A DNA stretch of 40,691 nt from Raillietiella orientalis (taxonomy: Eukaryota). Made by a program: the position numbers and the translations under genes. The stretch lies in NCBI GenBank assembly GCA_036172245.1, contig JAYWIR010000003.1, positions 7,378,001-7,418,691 of the forward strand. The letters run 5' to 3'. Of the stretch, positions 21,800 through 32,967 are shown one piece after another (the stretch's first letter is position 1; each line of letters begins with the position of its first letter). The notes beneath the pieces were generated by a model. That model had not been told where the DNA came from. It ran no database searches and saw nothing but the letters and a program-made list of their open reading frames with translations.

Positions 21800-24364
21800 C
21801 CACGATTAAATCATCACCGCTATTGAAAGGCTCAAGAGGCGTAAGGCGCCAGGGGAGGACGGCCTGCCGGCGGAGTTCTTTCAGTGCTTCGCTGCAGAGC
21901 TGACCCCTCTTGTGCTCCAATTTACACGGCTGATCCGAAACGAAGGCGATGTTCTCGCCTCGTTTCGGTCAGCCAGGGTGAGGCTCCTTCCTAAGGGAGG
22001 AGACCTCAGAAAATTAAGCAACTGGCGTTCGATCACGATTGTGAACACGGACGCCAAGTTGCCGGCTGGACTGTGGGCTGCGGGACTGGGGCAAGTAGCT
22101 GACATGAAGCGAACCTGTTCTTCGCCAGCACATGGTTCGATGTGCAACGCGAGGAAAAAAAGGAAAAAGAACGGAATGTCGACAAACCTGATTTGGGGGC
22201 GCCAGCGCGGCAAGTAAGGGACGACCGGGAAGGGAATGGGGCTCTAGCGATCGCAGTCGATCTGCACAAAGCGTTCGATTGCGTGGACCAGGAACTCCTT
22301 CTGGAGCTCCTGGATCGCATGGGCTTCCCGGACACCTTAACGGTCTACCTGCGCGCCTGCTGGCGCAATGCGATCATCAACTTGTTTTTCAGAGGACAGC
22401 ACGTGTTGGGCGTGCCGGTGAGGCGCGGCATCCGGCAGGGCGACAGCCTGAGTCCCCTACTCTTCAGCACCTATTTCGAACTGGTGCTGAGAGCATACAG
22501 GGTGACATTGGCTGCCCTGCCAAGCTCGTGTCCAGGCCGGTCGGCGTATGCTGACGATCTTTTGCTCCTGCTGCCCATGTCCGCCCCGGCTTCGGCAGTC
22601 GAAGATTTCTTCGACTTGCTGAGCCGTGGGACAGGACTACGGGTGAGCAGGACGAAGTCGTCGCTAGTGGCGGTTGGTGCAACGTGGGCAGGACGACCTG
22701 ATTGGATCCGCCTGGGGATCCCCACGGAGAGGTACTTGAAGTACCTCGGCGTTCCGTTGGGGGACTTCTGTCAGTCAGAAGCCTGGTCAGGTCGTCTCCA
22801 AAAAGTGGAGTCAGCGATCGGCCCGTTCCTGGAAGGCAAGCTTCACTTGCCGGAATGGCCCGCGGTGTGGAACGCGTTCGCGACCCCCCTCCTTCGACCA
22901 CTGCTTTTTGTTTGCCCCGTACCCCGTGAACTGAAAAAAAAAAAAAAGGACCTCCTACGCATCGCCCTGTGGGGCGGCAGAAGGCCTCGTGTGCCTTTAA
23001 AGGATTTGAGCGCTCCACGTCGGGACGGAGGTCTGAGCGTCCTGACGATGGAGAGAATGGAAACAGCTGCGGTGGCGTACTCTAGCCATCGCAGCGAAAA
23101 TGTGGAGCACCCATTGGTGCGTTCCGGCCCGCCTTCTCGCCAGACGTGTGTCCGGGACTGAAGGACTCGCGTCTTTTCTTCTGTGCCCCGGCCGGAAAAT
23201 AAGAAGATGCGGACTTCTCTTGGGACGCATGGCCACCCTGGCAAAGGAGAACGGGTGAATGGCCTGCAGCCCCGCCAACTCCAGCGCATGGCTGGAAGAA
23301 ACACTTGGAACGTGGGCAAAGTTGAAAGACATCAGTGGAGAATCCTGCAACCGGCTGCGCACCGGCATCTACACCCGCTGCATGCTGCGGAACATGATCG
23401 TGTGTCCCGTCAGAAGCACTTGGGCGGAGACGACCCCACTGGCCACGGCGCTGCCCTTCCTAAGAAGGGCGCTTCAAAACAGCCGGAAGCCGAGATAGCA
23501 AGTCTCCTGCAGGATAGCGGGCAAGGAGAAGGATCTAAGCGGGTGGATCATGAGGGAACTGCCAGACGCCGCAACCCCAAGCGTTCACCCGCATGGAATA
23601 CGGAGATGGGGCGAGCTGCTTGGCATCCCGGTGGATGACCTAGAGTGGCCCCCGTTGTTCATAGACTCATCCACAGTCCCCCTCAAGTGGCAGGAAACGG
23701 CGCTGTTGTTGTTGCACTTTGGTCTTCCCTGCAACGCGCGCCGCCACCACTGGACGTTGGGGAACGTGGGACAGAACTGTGCAGTGTGCGGAGAGAAGGA
23801 ATCCCTCCCCCATCTGTTAGTGGACTGCGCTGCCCTCCGGCCCTTGTGGGAACGTTTTGCTACGACCCTCCCTATGCCGGTAGGCAGTACCCCCAGAGAC
23901 GTTGTGAGACTCCTCTTCGTGCGAGACGCCCTGCCACCAGCCTCAACCCTGGCAGCGCTTTGCTACCTCCGAGGGATTGTGGCCGCGTGCAGCGCAGCCA
24001 AAAGAGGAAGCAGGGATAGGGACGCCATCGTACACGCGGGTCGCTACCTGCGAATCGCGATCGGCTGGTCCCATCTGGGAGCTATGACGAGGGACCTCGA
24101 GGGCATCCTGGAAAGGATGGTCTCTTCCTCCAGCGGGTTGTGATCCCTTCCCGGCCCCCCAAATAGTTTCTTTTTGTTATTTCATTTATTTTTCTTTTTT
24201 GTTTTCCCCCCTACCCCTTCCCCCTTCCGCTGCCGAGGAGAGTCAAGCCGGTTTGCGAACCGGCTTCCTGGCAGGTCACAGGAACTATTGGCCGTAGCGG
24301 GGCCTAGTACCGCAGATGTACTGTGTTCTTTTTAATAAACGCCCCGGCGTGACCGGGTGAAAAC
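21800..24364 (+). mobile_element. Family-1 LINE copy A, 5'-truncated, inserted antisense into copy B
   Basis: KAPGEDGLPAEF, DLHKAFDCV, GIRQGDSLSPLLF, YADD (22547-22558), LKYLGV, NCAVCGEKESLPHLLVDC; terminus aataaacgccccggcgtgaccgggtgaaaac; flanked by a target-site duplication. Confidence 0.93.
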
Positions 24365-25197
24365 TTCCCCGTATCCAATGGTGGCGGCGTGCATTGCAGG
24401 GGAGTCCCCAATGCAACAGCATCAGCGCCGAATCCTGCCATTTTAGGGGAAGGATCCTTGTTTGGGTTATCACTGGGGGCCACTTCAGGTCTTCCGTCCT
24501 GATGGCGAGCAGCTCGCCCCAGTTTTTCAATCCTTGCGGAAGGACGCTCTGGGTTGTGGCGTCTGCCAGCTGTCCCATTGTCCAACCGCTCAACAATTTT
24601 TCTCTGCCTGCGATACGGCAAGAGACTTGCCACCTCGGCGTCCGGCTGCTGACGAGGGCCCTACGTAGGAAGGGTAGCCCCGTCGCCAGGCAGGTCGTCT
24701 CTGCCCACGTGCTCCTGGCTGGACACTCCAGGATCTCGCGTAGAATGCAGCGGGCGTATCTGCCGCGTCGCAGGCTATTCCACCTCTCGTGGCTCCTCTG
24801 ATTAACTACCGCCCATGTGCCAACTGTTTCTTCCAGCCATGCGCTGGAGTTGACGGGGCTGCAGATCATCAGCGCATTCTCCTTCGCCAGGGTGGCTATT
24901 CGTACGAGGAGAAGGCCGCATCTTCTTATCTTCTTTCCACGACATAAAAGAAGAGATGCAACTCCTTCGGTTTTGGATGCAGGTCTGGCGAGGAGGCGGG
25001 CAGGAACACACCAGGGGGTGCTCCACAACTTCGCTGCGATAAGCAAGGATCGCCATCGCAGCTGAATTTCCATGCGCTCTAACGTCAGGAGGCCTAGACC
25101 ACCATCACGACGCGGAGCGCACAAGTCCATCGAAGGGACTAAAAGTCCGTCAGAGGCAATCTAGGCCTCCTCTTGCCCCAAAGGGCGATGCGGAGTC
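24365..25197 (-). mobile_element. Family-1 LINE copy B, upstream portion (post-RT region)
   Basis: LRIALWGKRRPR, DLCAPRRDGGLGLLTLERME ... LLHWGLPCNARRHHWIRGS; resumes at 21799. Confidence 0.9.
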
Positions 25198-27561
25198 CGA
25201 TCACCTTGGTGAATGCGGACGTCAAGTTGTTCTCCAGGCTCTGGGTCGCGCGCCTAGGCAGGATCGCTGGATCCGTGGTAAGTCCGGAGCAGTCTTACGC
25301 TGTTCCCGGGCGGTCCATGGAGGCGAACCTGTTCTTCGCGCGCACGTGGCTCGAGCTGCAACGTTGCGTGGCGCACGACAGCCAGGTAACCTCATCTGCG
25401 GCTGCCGAGGCTAGGCGTCGCTGCATTCGGCCTGAGGAAGCGCCGGGTGCCTTGGCGGTCGCGGTTGATCTCCGCAAGGCGTTTGACTGCGTGAATCAGG
25501 ATATCCTCCTGGAGCTTCTGGAACGCCTCGGTCTCCCGGTGCACCTCGTGGCGTATTTGCGCGCTTGCTGGCGCCACGCGCTCATTTCCATCTCTTTTAG
25601 CGGCTGCCACGTGCACGGCGTGCCGGTGCGGTGGGGCATCAGACAGGGCGACAGCTTAAGCCCGTTGCTCTTCAGCATCTTCTTTGAGTTGGTGCTGAGG
25701 GCGTACAGGCTAACGCTGGCCAGCCTGCCGAGCTCCTATTCAGGAACGCCGTCCGTGGCGGCCTATGCTGACGAACTGCTTCTCCTTTCACCCATGACCA
25801 CCCCGGCGTCCAGTCTCGAGGATTTCTTCGAGCTGATTCGCCGAGGAGCGGGCATGAGCGTAAACCGGAACAAGAGCGTGGTCGTTCCTATTGGTGCGGC
25901 GTGGGAGGGACAGTCCGACTGGATCCGCCTGGGGATCCCGACCGCTTCGTCCATGCAATATCTGGGCGTTCCGCTGGGGAACATCAGCCCAGTGGAAGTG
26001 TGGTCGGACTGCCTTCGGAAGGCTACGAATGCTCTGAGCCCGTTCCAGCATTGCAGGTTCCTCCTGTCGGAGCGGGCCGCGATATGGAACACCTTCGTTG
26101 GCCCCCTCTTGCGCCCCCTGCTTTTTGTTTGCCCGCCCCCCTACTAGGCCAAGCTCCAGGCGCACAGCCTGTTGAGGAACGCTCTGTGGGGACCTGCGAG
26201 GTGCAGGATACGCCTCAAAGACTTGGCGGCTCCGCGTCGGGATGCTGGCTTAGGCATCCTGACGCTGGAGAGAATCGAGCTGCAGGTGCAGCTTCGGATG
26301 TTGGCCCTGTGCGCCAACCTTTGGTCCACTCCGTGGTGTGCTCCCGCGCGCCTGCTTTTGCGGCGCTGCACCGGCAGCGATGGACTTCTGTCGCTGCGGC
26401 CGCATAAGGAGCGCGCCACGAGAAGCTTCGGTTTCCCGTTGAAACCCCTCTACCAGCTCCTGGAAGCCCAGGAATGGATCTCCTGCCGCCCAACGAACTT
26501 TGAGGCCTGGCGGCAGGAACCGTTGCATGGCTGGGCAAAGCACCATGATGTTTCCCTCCTGGAACTCCGTTGCACTCACCTCTCCCCGTACTGCACGGTG
26601 GATGAGGTGTGCAACAGCCAGGAGAAGTGGCCTCGCCTGGCCGTCACGCTCCTCGCTGACGCGCTGTCAGCCCTGAGGGCAAGAGATGACAGCTGCGAAC
26701 CGGCGAGATGGGAGGTCGCCGGCACCATCGCAGGAACAACACGACCCATTGGCGGCTGGAGGACTTGCGAGCTGGCAGACGCCGCCACCCCTCGCCACAT
26801 CCCGAAGGGACTCCTTCGATGGAGTGAACACTTGAGTGTGCCCCCCGAAGAACTTGTGGTCCCTCCCTCCTGTTTGAACACTTCTGTGTTCCCCCTTTCG
26901 TGGAAGCAGGACGTCATCATGCTGGTGCATTGGGGTTTTCACTCCAACCAGCGGACGAACCGTGTTTCCGGGGGAGTTGTCTCCCCAAACTGTAAGCGGT
27001 GCAGGGAAGTGGAAACGCTCCCGCACTTGCTCCTGGACTGCGGTGTCCTCCAAGGACTGTGGCAGTCTGGCCACAGCTCTCCAGCACCAGGAGGACACCG
27101 CAAGAGACTTGATGCGCCGCTTCTTCACGCCAGGCGGCCTGTCTTTAGGTGCTGTCGTTGCAACCGTGTATTGCACCCGGGCCATCGGCAAGGCCCACCG
27201 AGAGTTGGAGAAGCTGGCCATTCTTCGTCAGCCCACCGGAATAGTCAGCGCGAACATGACGTCGGCTGCCGAGTGGACCCATCTTCCAGAGGGCGTTAGG
27301 AGCGAGATCTGCGGCATCCATATCCGGTTCTAAAAGAATGGCACGGCCGCACCAAAGACCCCTGTCCTCTACCCTCCCCATATCTTTATTTTTATTTTTT
27401 ATATGTATATTTGTGCTCCCCTCCCTCTCGTTCCTGACTTTCGGTATACCGACTTGCGTGTCGGGGATCCCACCCCCTTCGTCTTCTCTGTATCCTTTGT
27501 CCGGGAACTCTGTTCCCGGATAGTTTTTCAATAAACGCCCCGGCGCACCCGGGTGATAAAC
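25196..27561 (+). mobile_element. Family-1 LINE copy C, 5'-truncated RT to 3' terminus, with stop and frameshift
   Basis: PITLVNADVKL, DLRKAFDCV, GIRQGDSLSPLLF, YADE (mutated YADD), MQYLGV, NCKRCREVETLPHLLLDC; terminus aataaacgccccggcgcacccgggtgataaac. Confidence 0.93.
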
Positions 27562-28563
27562 AGCAGGTGACGTTCTTGCGGTGCAGCGCAATCTTCAGAG
27601 GTCTGGTTTTAAAGGCCAGCAGTTTAAACTCAGGCCCAACCGCGATAAGTGTTGCGTCTTGTCGTTGAATAAACAGAACTTCGCCCTTTACTGGGCCCTT
27701 TCTTGGCTGGGAGCACACCCGGAAAACCATCGACACTCGACGTAGGCGCTGTATCGATAGTCGAGGTGGACGCCTCCACGGTCGTGTAAGAAGCCGGTGC
27801 CGTTATCTCCCTTGCAGGTCCGGCTCTCCGGAGGAGGGTTCCTCCAGATGGTTGCCGAAGGACACTTTCTTCACTTCTCCGTACTGAGAGATGTGGTCCC
27901 ACACATCTTCCTGCGTGGTGCTGCAGTGCACACCACGCAGGTATACAGGGGTAGAGGAGAACTCTCCCAGTCCGCGCAGTCTCCTGCCGCTGATGACGAG
28001 ACGGTTTTCCATGAGCTCTTCCTGCAATTGCTCGTCCGCGGTGTACACGGTGAAGCCTGTAGAGGACGGAATGATTGCGTAGATGAGCTTAAATTTCACG
28101 TTGTCTTTGTGTAACGCCACGTAGATGTCCCTCACGTTCGCGATCCTCAGCATTCCCGTTTTAAAGGTAATTGGCTCGTCATGGTCAGCAATTTCCCAGA
28201 CGGGTTTCCTCACGCGGTGGACTTCAAAGACGCCGGGCTTCGACGGCCCTGCCATTGTTCCTCCCGTCTTGTTCGGCATAAGGATGCCGCTTCGAGGCCG
28301 CCGCGGCCACGTACGTCAGCGGCTTCTGCGGCATCGTTGCCAACGCTGGCGCAGTTACCTCTCCGCATGTGCCGAACTAGCTCACCTCCATTGGCGTGGG
28401 AGACGCCATGCAAATGTTCTGTCCTTGTGAGGGGTACGGGTTCGCTCCTTCAGGTCGGGCTCCGTCAAGGGTTCCAGGAGGGGAGGGAAGCGTGCTCAGG
28501 GAAGGGGGAGAAAAGCACTGTTCACTTGGCACTTGTTCGAAGCTTTTTTTGCACTTGGTTTTG
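27562..28563 (-). mobile_element. Family-2 LINE 5' remnant (leader and degenerate ORF1) directly downstream of a U1 snRNA fragment
   Basis: FKTGMLRIANVRDIYVAL..IYAIIPSSTGFTVY..VYLRGV..VWDHISQYGEV is homologous to the ORF1s at 34700-35250 and 38400-38900 (FRTGLIKVSNIREVCLSL..IQAIIPNNSGFAVF). The N-terminal PMEVS*FG resembles MEVTFG/MEVTYG in those copies. The 3' boundary is uncertain. Confidence 0.85.
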
Positions 28564-28652
28564 CAGGAGCTTGCGCGAACGCAGGCTTCCAACCTAAAAA
28601 TTATGCTCCCGAGTAATCTGCATTTGGGGTTATCGCAGAGATGCAATGGATA
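28564..28652 (-). ncRNA. U1: U1 snRNA 3' fragment (SL2 loop, SL3, Sm site, SL4); 5' end absent
   Basis: Minus strand reads tatccattgca-tctctgcgataaccccaaatgcagattactcgggagcat-aatttttag-gttggaagcctgcgttcgcgcaagctcctg. This matches recalled metazoan U1 landmarks: UCCAUUGCA, UGCGA..CCCCAAAUG, Sm site, GCG-UUCG-CGC. About 20 nt of SL2 are deleted. Confidence 0.85.
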
Positions 28653-30200
28653 GTGGAGTCTCAATGGATGGTGCGATGAACCGAAGAGAAGACCCGGAGC
28701 AAGGCAGCCTTGCTGCTGGCTCCTTCCCCCCCCTTTTTACAGAGCTACTCCGTTCGCTGCGTATCTTCAAGTGACGCAAATTCTCCGACTTTGGAAAAGT
28801 GGCAGCAACGAGCAGGAGGGTTCGTCGGGATTCACTCCGTTCGAAAGTCCAAAGAATCCCGTAAACTCCTGAAATGGATGGCGACGATCCGCTTGCCCGG
28901 CGAATTCCGATTTCGTTCATTTCGACTCTTTTCGCCCTCCCTCCGCGGTTTGGTAACCCTGCGTCGGCCTAGGGATCTCGGCATGCTCGGGCATCCACTT
29001 CCCTCTGCTGAGCGCTTCCTAATTGCGTGCACCTTGTAGTGATTCGTGTCAAACATCTCCACTTCCGACCCTCTGGACCGCTTCGGTTTGGAATGGGCAG
29101 TGTGGATGAGGGCGCCGCGAAGCAATCTGTTTTGTACGGCTCATCGCGTTCCGTGTACTGTTTTCACTTATACCTCGAATGCCCAACGTTTCGCTAAGTT
29201 CTCATCACTTCACCGGGCTAGCTTACCAGCAAGCATGAAAAGGTAAATATTAAAGAAAAAAGAAACAAACGAGAAAAGGGGGGTGGGGGAATGCAGTGCA
29301 CGTTGAGGATTATGTCCTTTTCTCCTCTCAGAGTACATTCTGAAGTATCGGTTTAGGGGACAATCCAACTCTTGTCGAATTTCGCTGTTTCGGTAGTTTG
29401 AAAGAAGAAGGATGGATTTCTTTTTTTGGCCATGAAAAGTATCCGTAATAGTATGTAAGGAAATTCCATGCATGAAAAATTTACATTGCCTCGTGTATTC
29501 CTTGTATTTTCAACTGTTCATGGAAAGATGGTAGTATGAACGATATCCCGCCCCCCATCAGCACCGAGAATTCATGAATTCTCGGTAGTGATGGGGAGCC
29601 GAGCAGAGTTGGCCAAAATGTTTAGTACCAAAAAACAAAAGCAAAAACATGGCTTTCTGTGTTCCATGCTTTTGAATGTATTTAAAACAAAGGAATGGAA
29701 CATTCCAATCGTCATAGTGGATCTGTGAATTGAGTTAGATGCAATCTCTGCATGCACCCTTGGGATTTTCAAGTCTTTCTGTTCAATTGCCAGAAAATTC
29801 CATTCACATGAGGGTTGTGGGAATCACATTCGAGTGTGCTTCCCCATGATGTGGCATTCTTCAATCAACTGACACAAATTGACAGTACTGTATGATCTGT
29901 TGTCAAACTTGCCCTTTTGTTGTGAATGTGAATTTACAGCACTGTGCATTTGTGTAGATTGCTGCAAGACTTTTCAAAGCACACAATCCCTTCAGAGTGT
30001 CTTTCCTGAATTGTTTTTCAGAAGCTTGCCTACAAAAAAAAGGGGGGGGGGGGAATGTCCACAGTAGGTTTTGGAAAGACTAGTGGCTTCACATCGTCCC
30101 AGGTTTCATTGATTGGAATGCTTAGTATCTTCCTAAAACTTGTGTCATTGGCCCTTTTTTTTTTTGTTTTTTCAAATGGTTCTGTTCCTGTACAGGGAGA

Positions 30201-30918
30201 TCATGTGTTCACTGAATGAATGTGGAGTGTTGTGTACAGCATGTTTTGTTGCCTAATGAACAATGATGCACAAATGGAAGCATTGCCTTTCAAGCTAAGA
30301 AATATGTGCTGAGTTAGGATCTGTGCATGAAGTGATAATGGAGGCAAATGTCTCCAGTGAAAGTGTCCAACTATATAATTGCATACATGTATCATCCAGA
30401 TTAGAACATTATTCAAGATTGTTGCTGTCAAAGATTAATTTGCAACAAGTATGGGAATTGTCAGAGGTATCCAACCTTCTCTGAACAAAGTGGGAAGCAC
30501 TTCTGCATAGGGGAGCAATGTTCCTCCATGACTCAGTACAGCAGTCCAGTCATCTTCAGTGACATATAACCAGGGGTTATTCAATCCCTCATTGCATAGA
30601 AAATGGATCATTTGCAACTGGAACCTGTTCTGAGCTTCTGCTTTGCCTAGTCCCCGATATCTTGTATTGGGAGCAATAGCGTTCAAAATACACGCTATAT
30701 TTGTCATATCAGATCTGTCAGGATCAGAAGTGTATATGCACTCTCCCCTTGCTGCTGTGAACAAATATGGGTAGGTTAGCAGATGTCCTGTTTCCATTCA
30801 CAGGTCCTAATTTAAGGTTAATGCCTATGATATGATCAAGGGTTGACGGTTTGGCAAATTGGATAGTAAGTTGGTCTATATTGTCATTTGGATTCCTCCA
30901 AGTGCTATTGGTGTTCAT
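30201..30918 (-). pseudogene. Endogenous viral element: putative N-terminal half of a chuvirus-like nucleoprotein (internal stop and frameshift)
   Basis: ORFs 30435-30797 and 30201-30431 are in the same frame across one stop. ILVAN*SLTATILNNVLIWMIHVC aligns with NMLANDALTPAIMNNIILWAIHRC at the start of the N fragment at 32520. Boundaries are approximate. Confidence 0.6.
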
Positions 30919-31739
30919 GGCTGATACTTCAGGTACTGGCAACAGATGATGATGGTCTACCTCGGTTTGGTTTACGAGTATGCTCTGTGACGTTCCGATT
31001 ACTTCTTCTAGGTGCAGGTGCAGGACCTTTCTTACTCTTACGTTTAGATTCAGTAGCCAGGTATGCAGACTTGGTGCACCCAAGAAACAGAAATATTCTG
31101 TTTCGAATGTCTATTTACTATATGATTGTACCTAAACAAGTTGACTCACATAAAATTCACGATCTTTCTTTTTGTCGCAGAATAGATTGACAATTCTTTC
31201 ACCTAATTTACTAATAGAGAAACACCATACTTTGTAGCCTCTGACTATACAATTGTGTGTTACAGATGTACGTTTTAGATTATTTGCATCTTTTTACAGT
31301 AGAAACTGATTGGCCCAACATTTCATGGAAACTGTTCCGTGCTCAAAAAATATCGGCAAATTAATTGATTGTGTAATTGCCCTATGTAGGCCGTTTCAAC
31401 TTGTCAGTGGATTTGCCTTTTATGTGTGATATGTGTAACTGTTGATAAACTGATGAAACTGCAAAGAATCCTCTTGACTGTTTTTTTTTTCCCTTTGGAA
31501 TGCCAGAATGATCTTTGGAACGCATGGAGTCATTTATTATTTTCTCCCCAAATTGTGGGGTTTGTTTCATTTGTAGCAAAGGAAGGCCATGTTTTAACAC
31601 CAACATGGTTTTCAGATAAAAACAGTCTGCTTATCGATGCCCTGCCCCGAATCATTTTACTGATTGGAGAAGAGATATCCGCAACAACACCGTTTAGTTG
31701 TTTTTTTTCATTTTGATATAGCTAGGTAGCTATATTGTG

Positions 31740-32520
31740 TGTCTATTAGCAACCAGGCATAACTCAGTCAGTGCGCGAACTGCATTAATTGCTAATTCAG
31801 GCAGGCTCTCTACATTCGAGGATGCTGTTTCATAATGAGTGATCATGTCATCCAGAATTCTTCGATGTCTAGGGTTATTAGTTCATCCTTGGTATTCCCC
31901 CATGGTCGCATAACTGGATCCTCCGTACAGTTTGAGCATACCTTTTGCTACGTACGCTACATTCTTACACAGTGTGGATTTTACATTACCTAAATCCTTG
32001 GAAAACCCATAATATGGGTTGTAGTTGCCCACCGTCAATGTCTGGTTAATGCAACTGCACTCGTCGACAAACATTGTCGCTATGGCCGTCCAGTTAAAAT
32101 TGCAAAATCCAACATAACCTTACGAATTACCAGTAAGACTGTAAGCCCAGAACCCACTGTAGGAGACAAAGTGACCCCGATCCTTAACGATAGATTGCGC
32201 ATATCATGGCACCACGTGGTAAAGATAATCTCTGCGTTCGTTTCATCAGTGAGATTTCCAAGGTGTGCAAACAGCTTTCGAACATAATTTGGAGATAGAG
32301 AAGGGTTAGCGAATTCCTCGTCAATATGTTCTGGTTGATCTTGTCGGTCTTGTTGACAGTAATTTGCCCACGTTTAGCGAAAGAAACGTGAATATACAAT
32401 TGTCTGAATATACAATATGTTGCCAACTTGAGTTAACATCAGGGTTTTACATCTGTGGATGGCCCACAGTATGATATTGTTCATGATGGCTGGCGTTAGT
32501 GCGTCATTTGCCAGCATGTT
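31740..32520 (-). pseudogene. Endogenous viral element: chuvirus (Jingchuvirales)-like nucleoprotein, C-terminal portion, degenerate
   Basis: Hand translation across one frameshift and two stops: LSLRIGVTLSPTVGSGLTVLLVIRKVMLDF/FNWTAIATMF..VGNYNPYYGFSKDLGNVKSTLCKNVAYVAKGML..YQG*. This resembles the recalled chuvirus N block GSGLT..F.W..NPYYGF..DLG..KST.YK.LAYVAKELL..Y.GW. Confidence 0.78.
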
Positions 32521-32960
32521 GGGGTTGCCGGTTTGCGAAGCAGATGATGGGGGGGGGGGGGGGGGGTTGAAAATACTTCAAGCTTCCCCGATATTTTGAG
32601 TCAAATATAATACCATTTTTCAGACTCTCAATGAAGCCGTACTGTACGTGCTCCATGTTATCTTTTGTGAAGTCTACGACTATAATGTGTTCTCCATTAT
32701 AAAGATGGGCTGCATCGGCTTTGCGGCAGGAATGCATGTAAATAGCTCCACGTTTGAGGAATAAAAATTTCGCCATTGTAGTCTTGCCGGTATTGCCACG
32801 TGTCGTAGCACCAGTGGATTTTTCTTGTACTTGGTTTGCAGCTTGATGTCGACTATACTCATCTGCCATTGTTTGAGTTGTAGGTTGTCGATATGGTTTG
32901 GAATGGCTCTGTTTCTTGAAAGGCGGAAGCATTCCTTGATAAAATTAATATTGGAAGGAT
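32521..32960 (-). pseudogene. rep: Endogenous CRESS-DNA virus Rep fragment (SF3 helicase domain)
   Basis: Across frameshifts: LKQWQ, IHWCYD, Walker A GNTGKT, Walker B IIVVDF, FIESLKNGIIFDSKY, motif C IICFAN. This layout is typical of nanovirus/alphasatellite-like CRESS Reps. No HUH endonuclease part is seen. Confidence 0.88.
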
Positions 32961-32967
32961 ATTATCT

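Noticed and set aside
24365..27561. Head-to-head copies B and C as a single twin-primed (5'-inverted) insertion
   Set aside because: They cover overlapping parts of ORF2, are diverged, and each has its own 3' terminus.
21800..27561. RT ORFs as bacterial retron, group II intron or DGR reverse transcriptases
   Set aside because: KAPGEDG and QGDSLSP motifs, the C-terminal Cys/His motif, APE endonuclease and CCHC ORF1 in related copies, and nearby spliceosomal introns and snRNAs all indicate eukaryotic non-LTR elements.
27660..27700. gaataaa..ttcgccctttact resembles U5 snRNA loop 1; similar tcgccctttac near 7010
   Set aside because: The invariant GCCTTTTAC loop is mismatched, and no closing stem or Sm site is present.
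32547..32567. Poly-proline tract in Rep from a long G run
   Set aside because: Homopolymer expansion or sequencing artefact at the PP position before motif C; not a meaningful domain.
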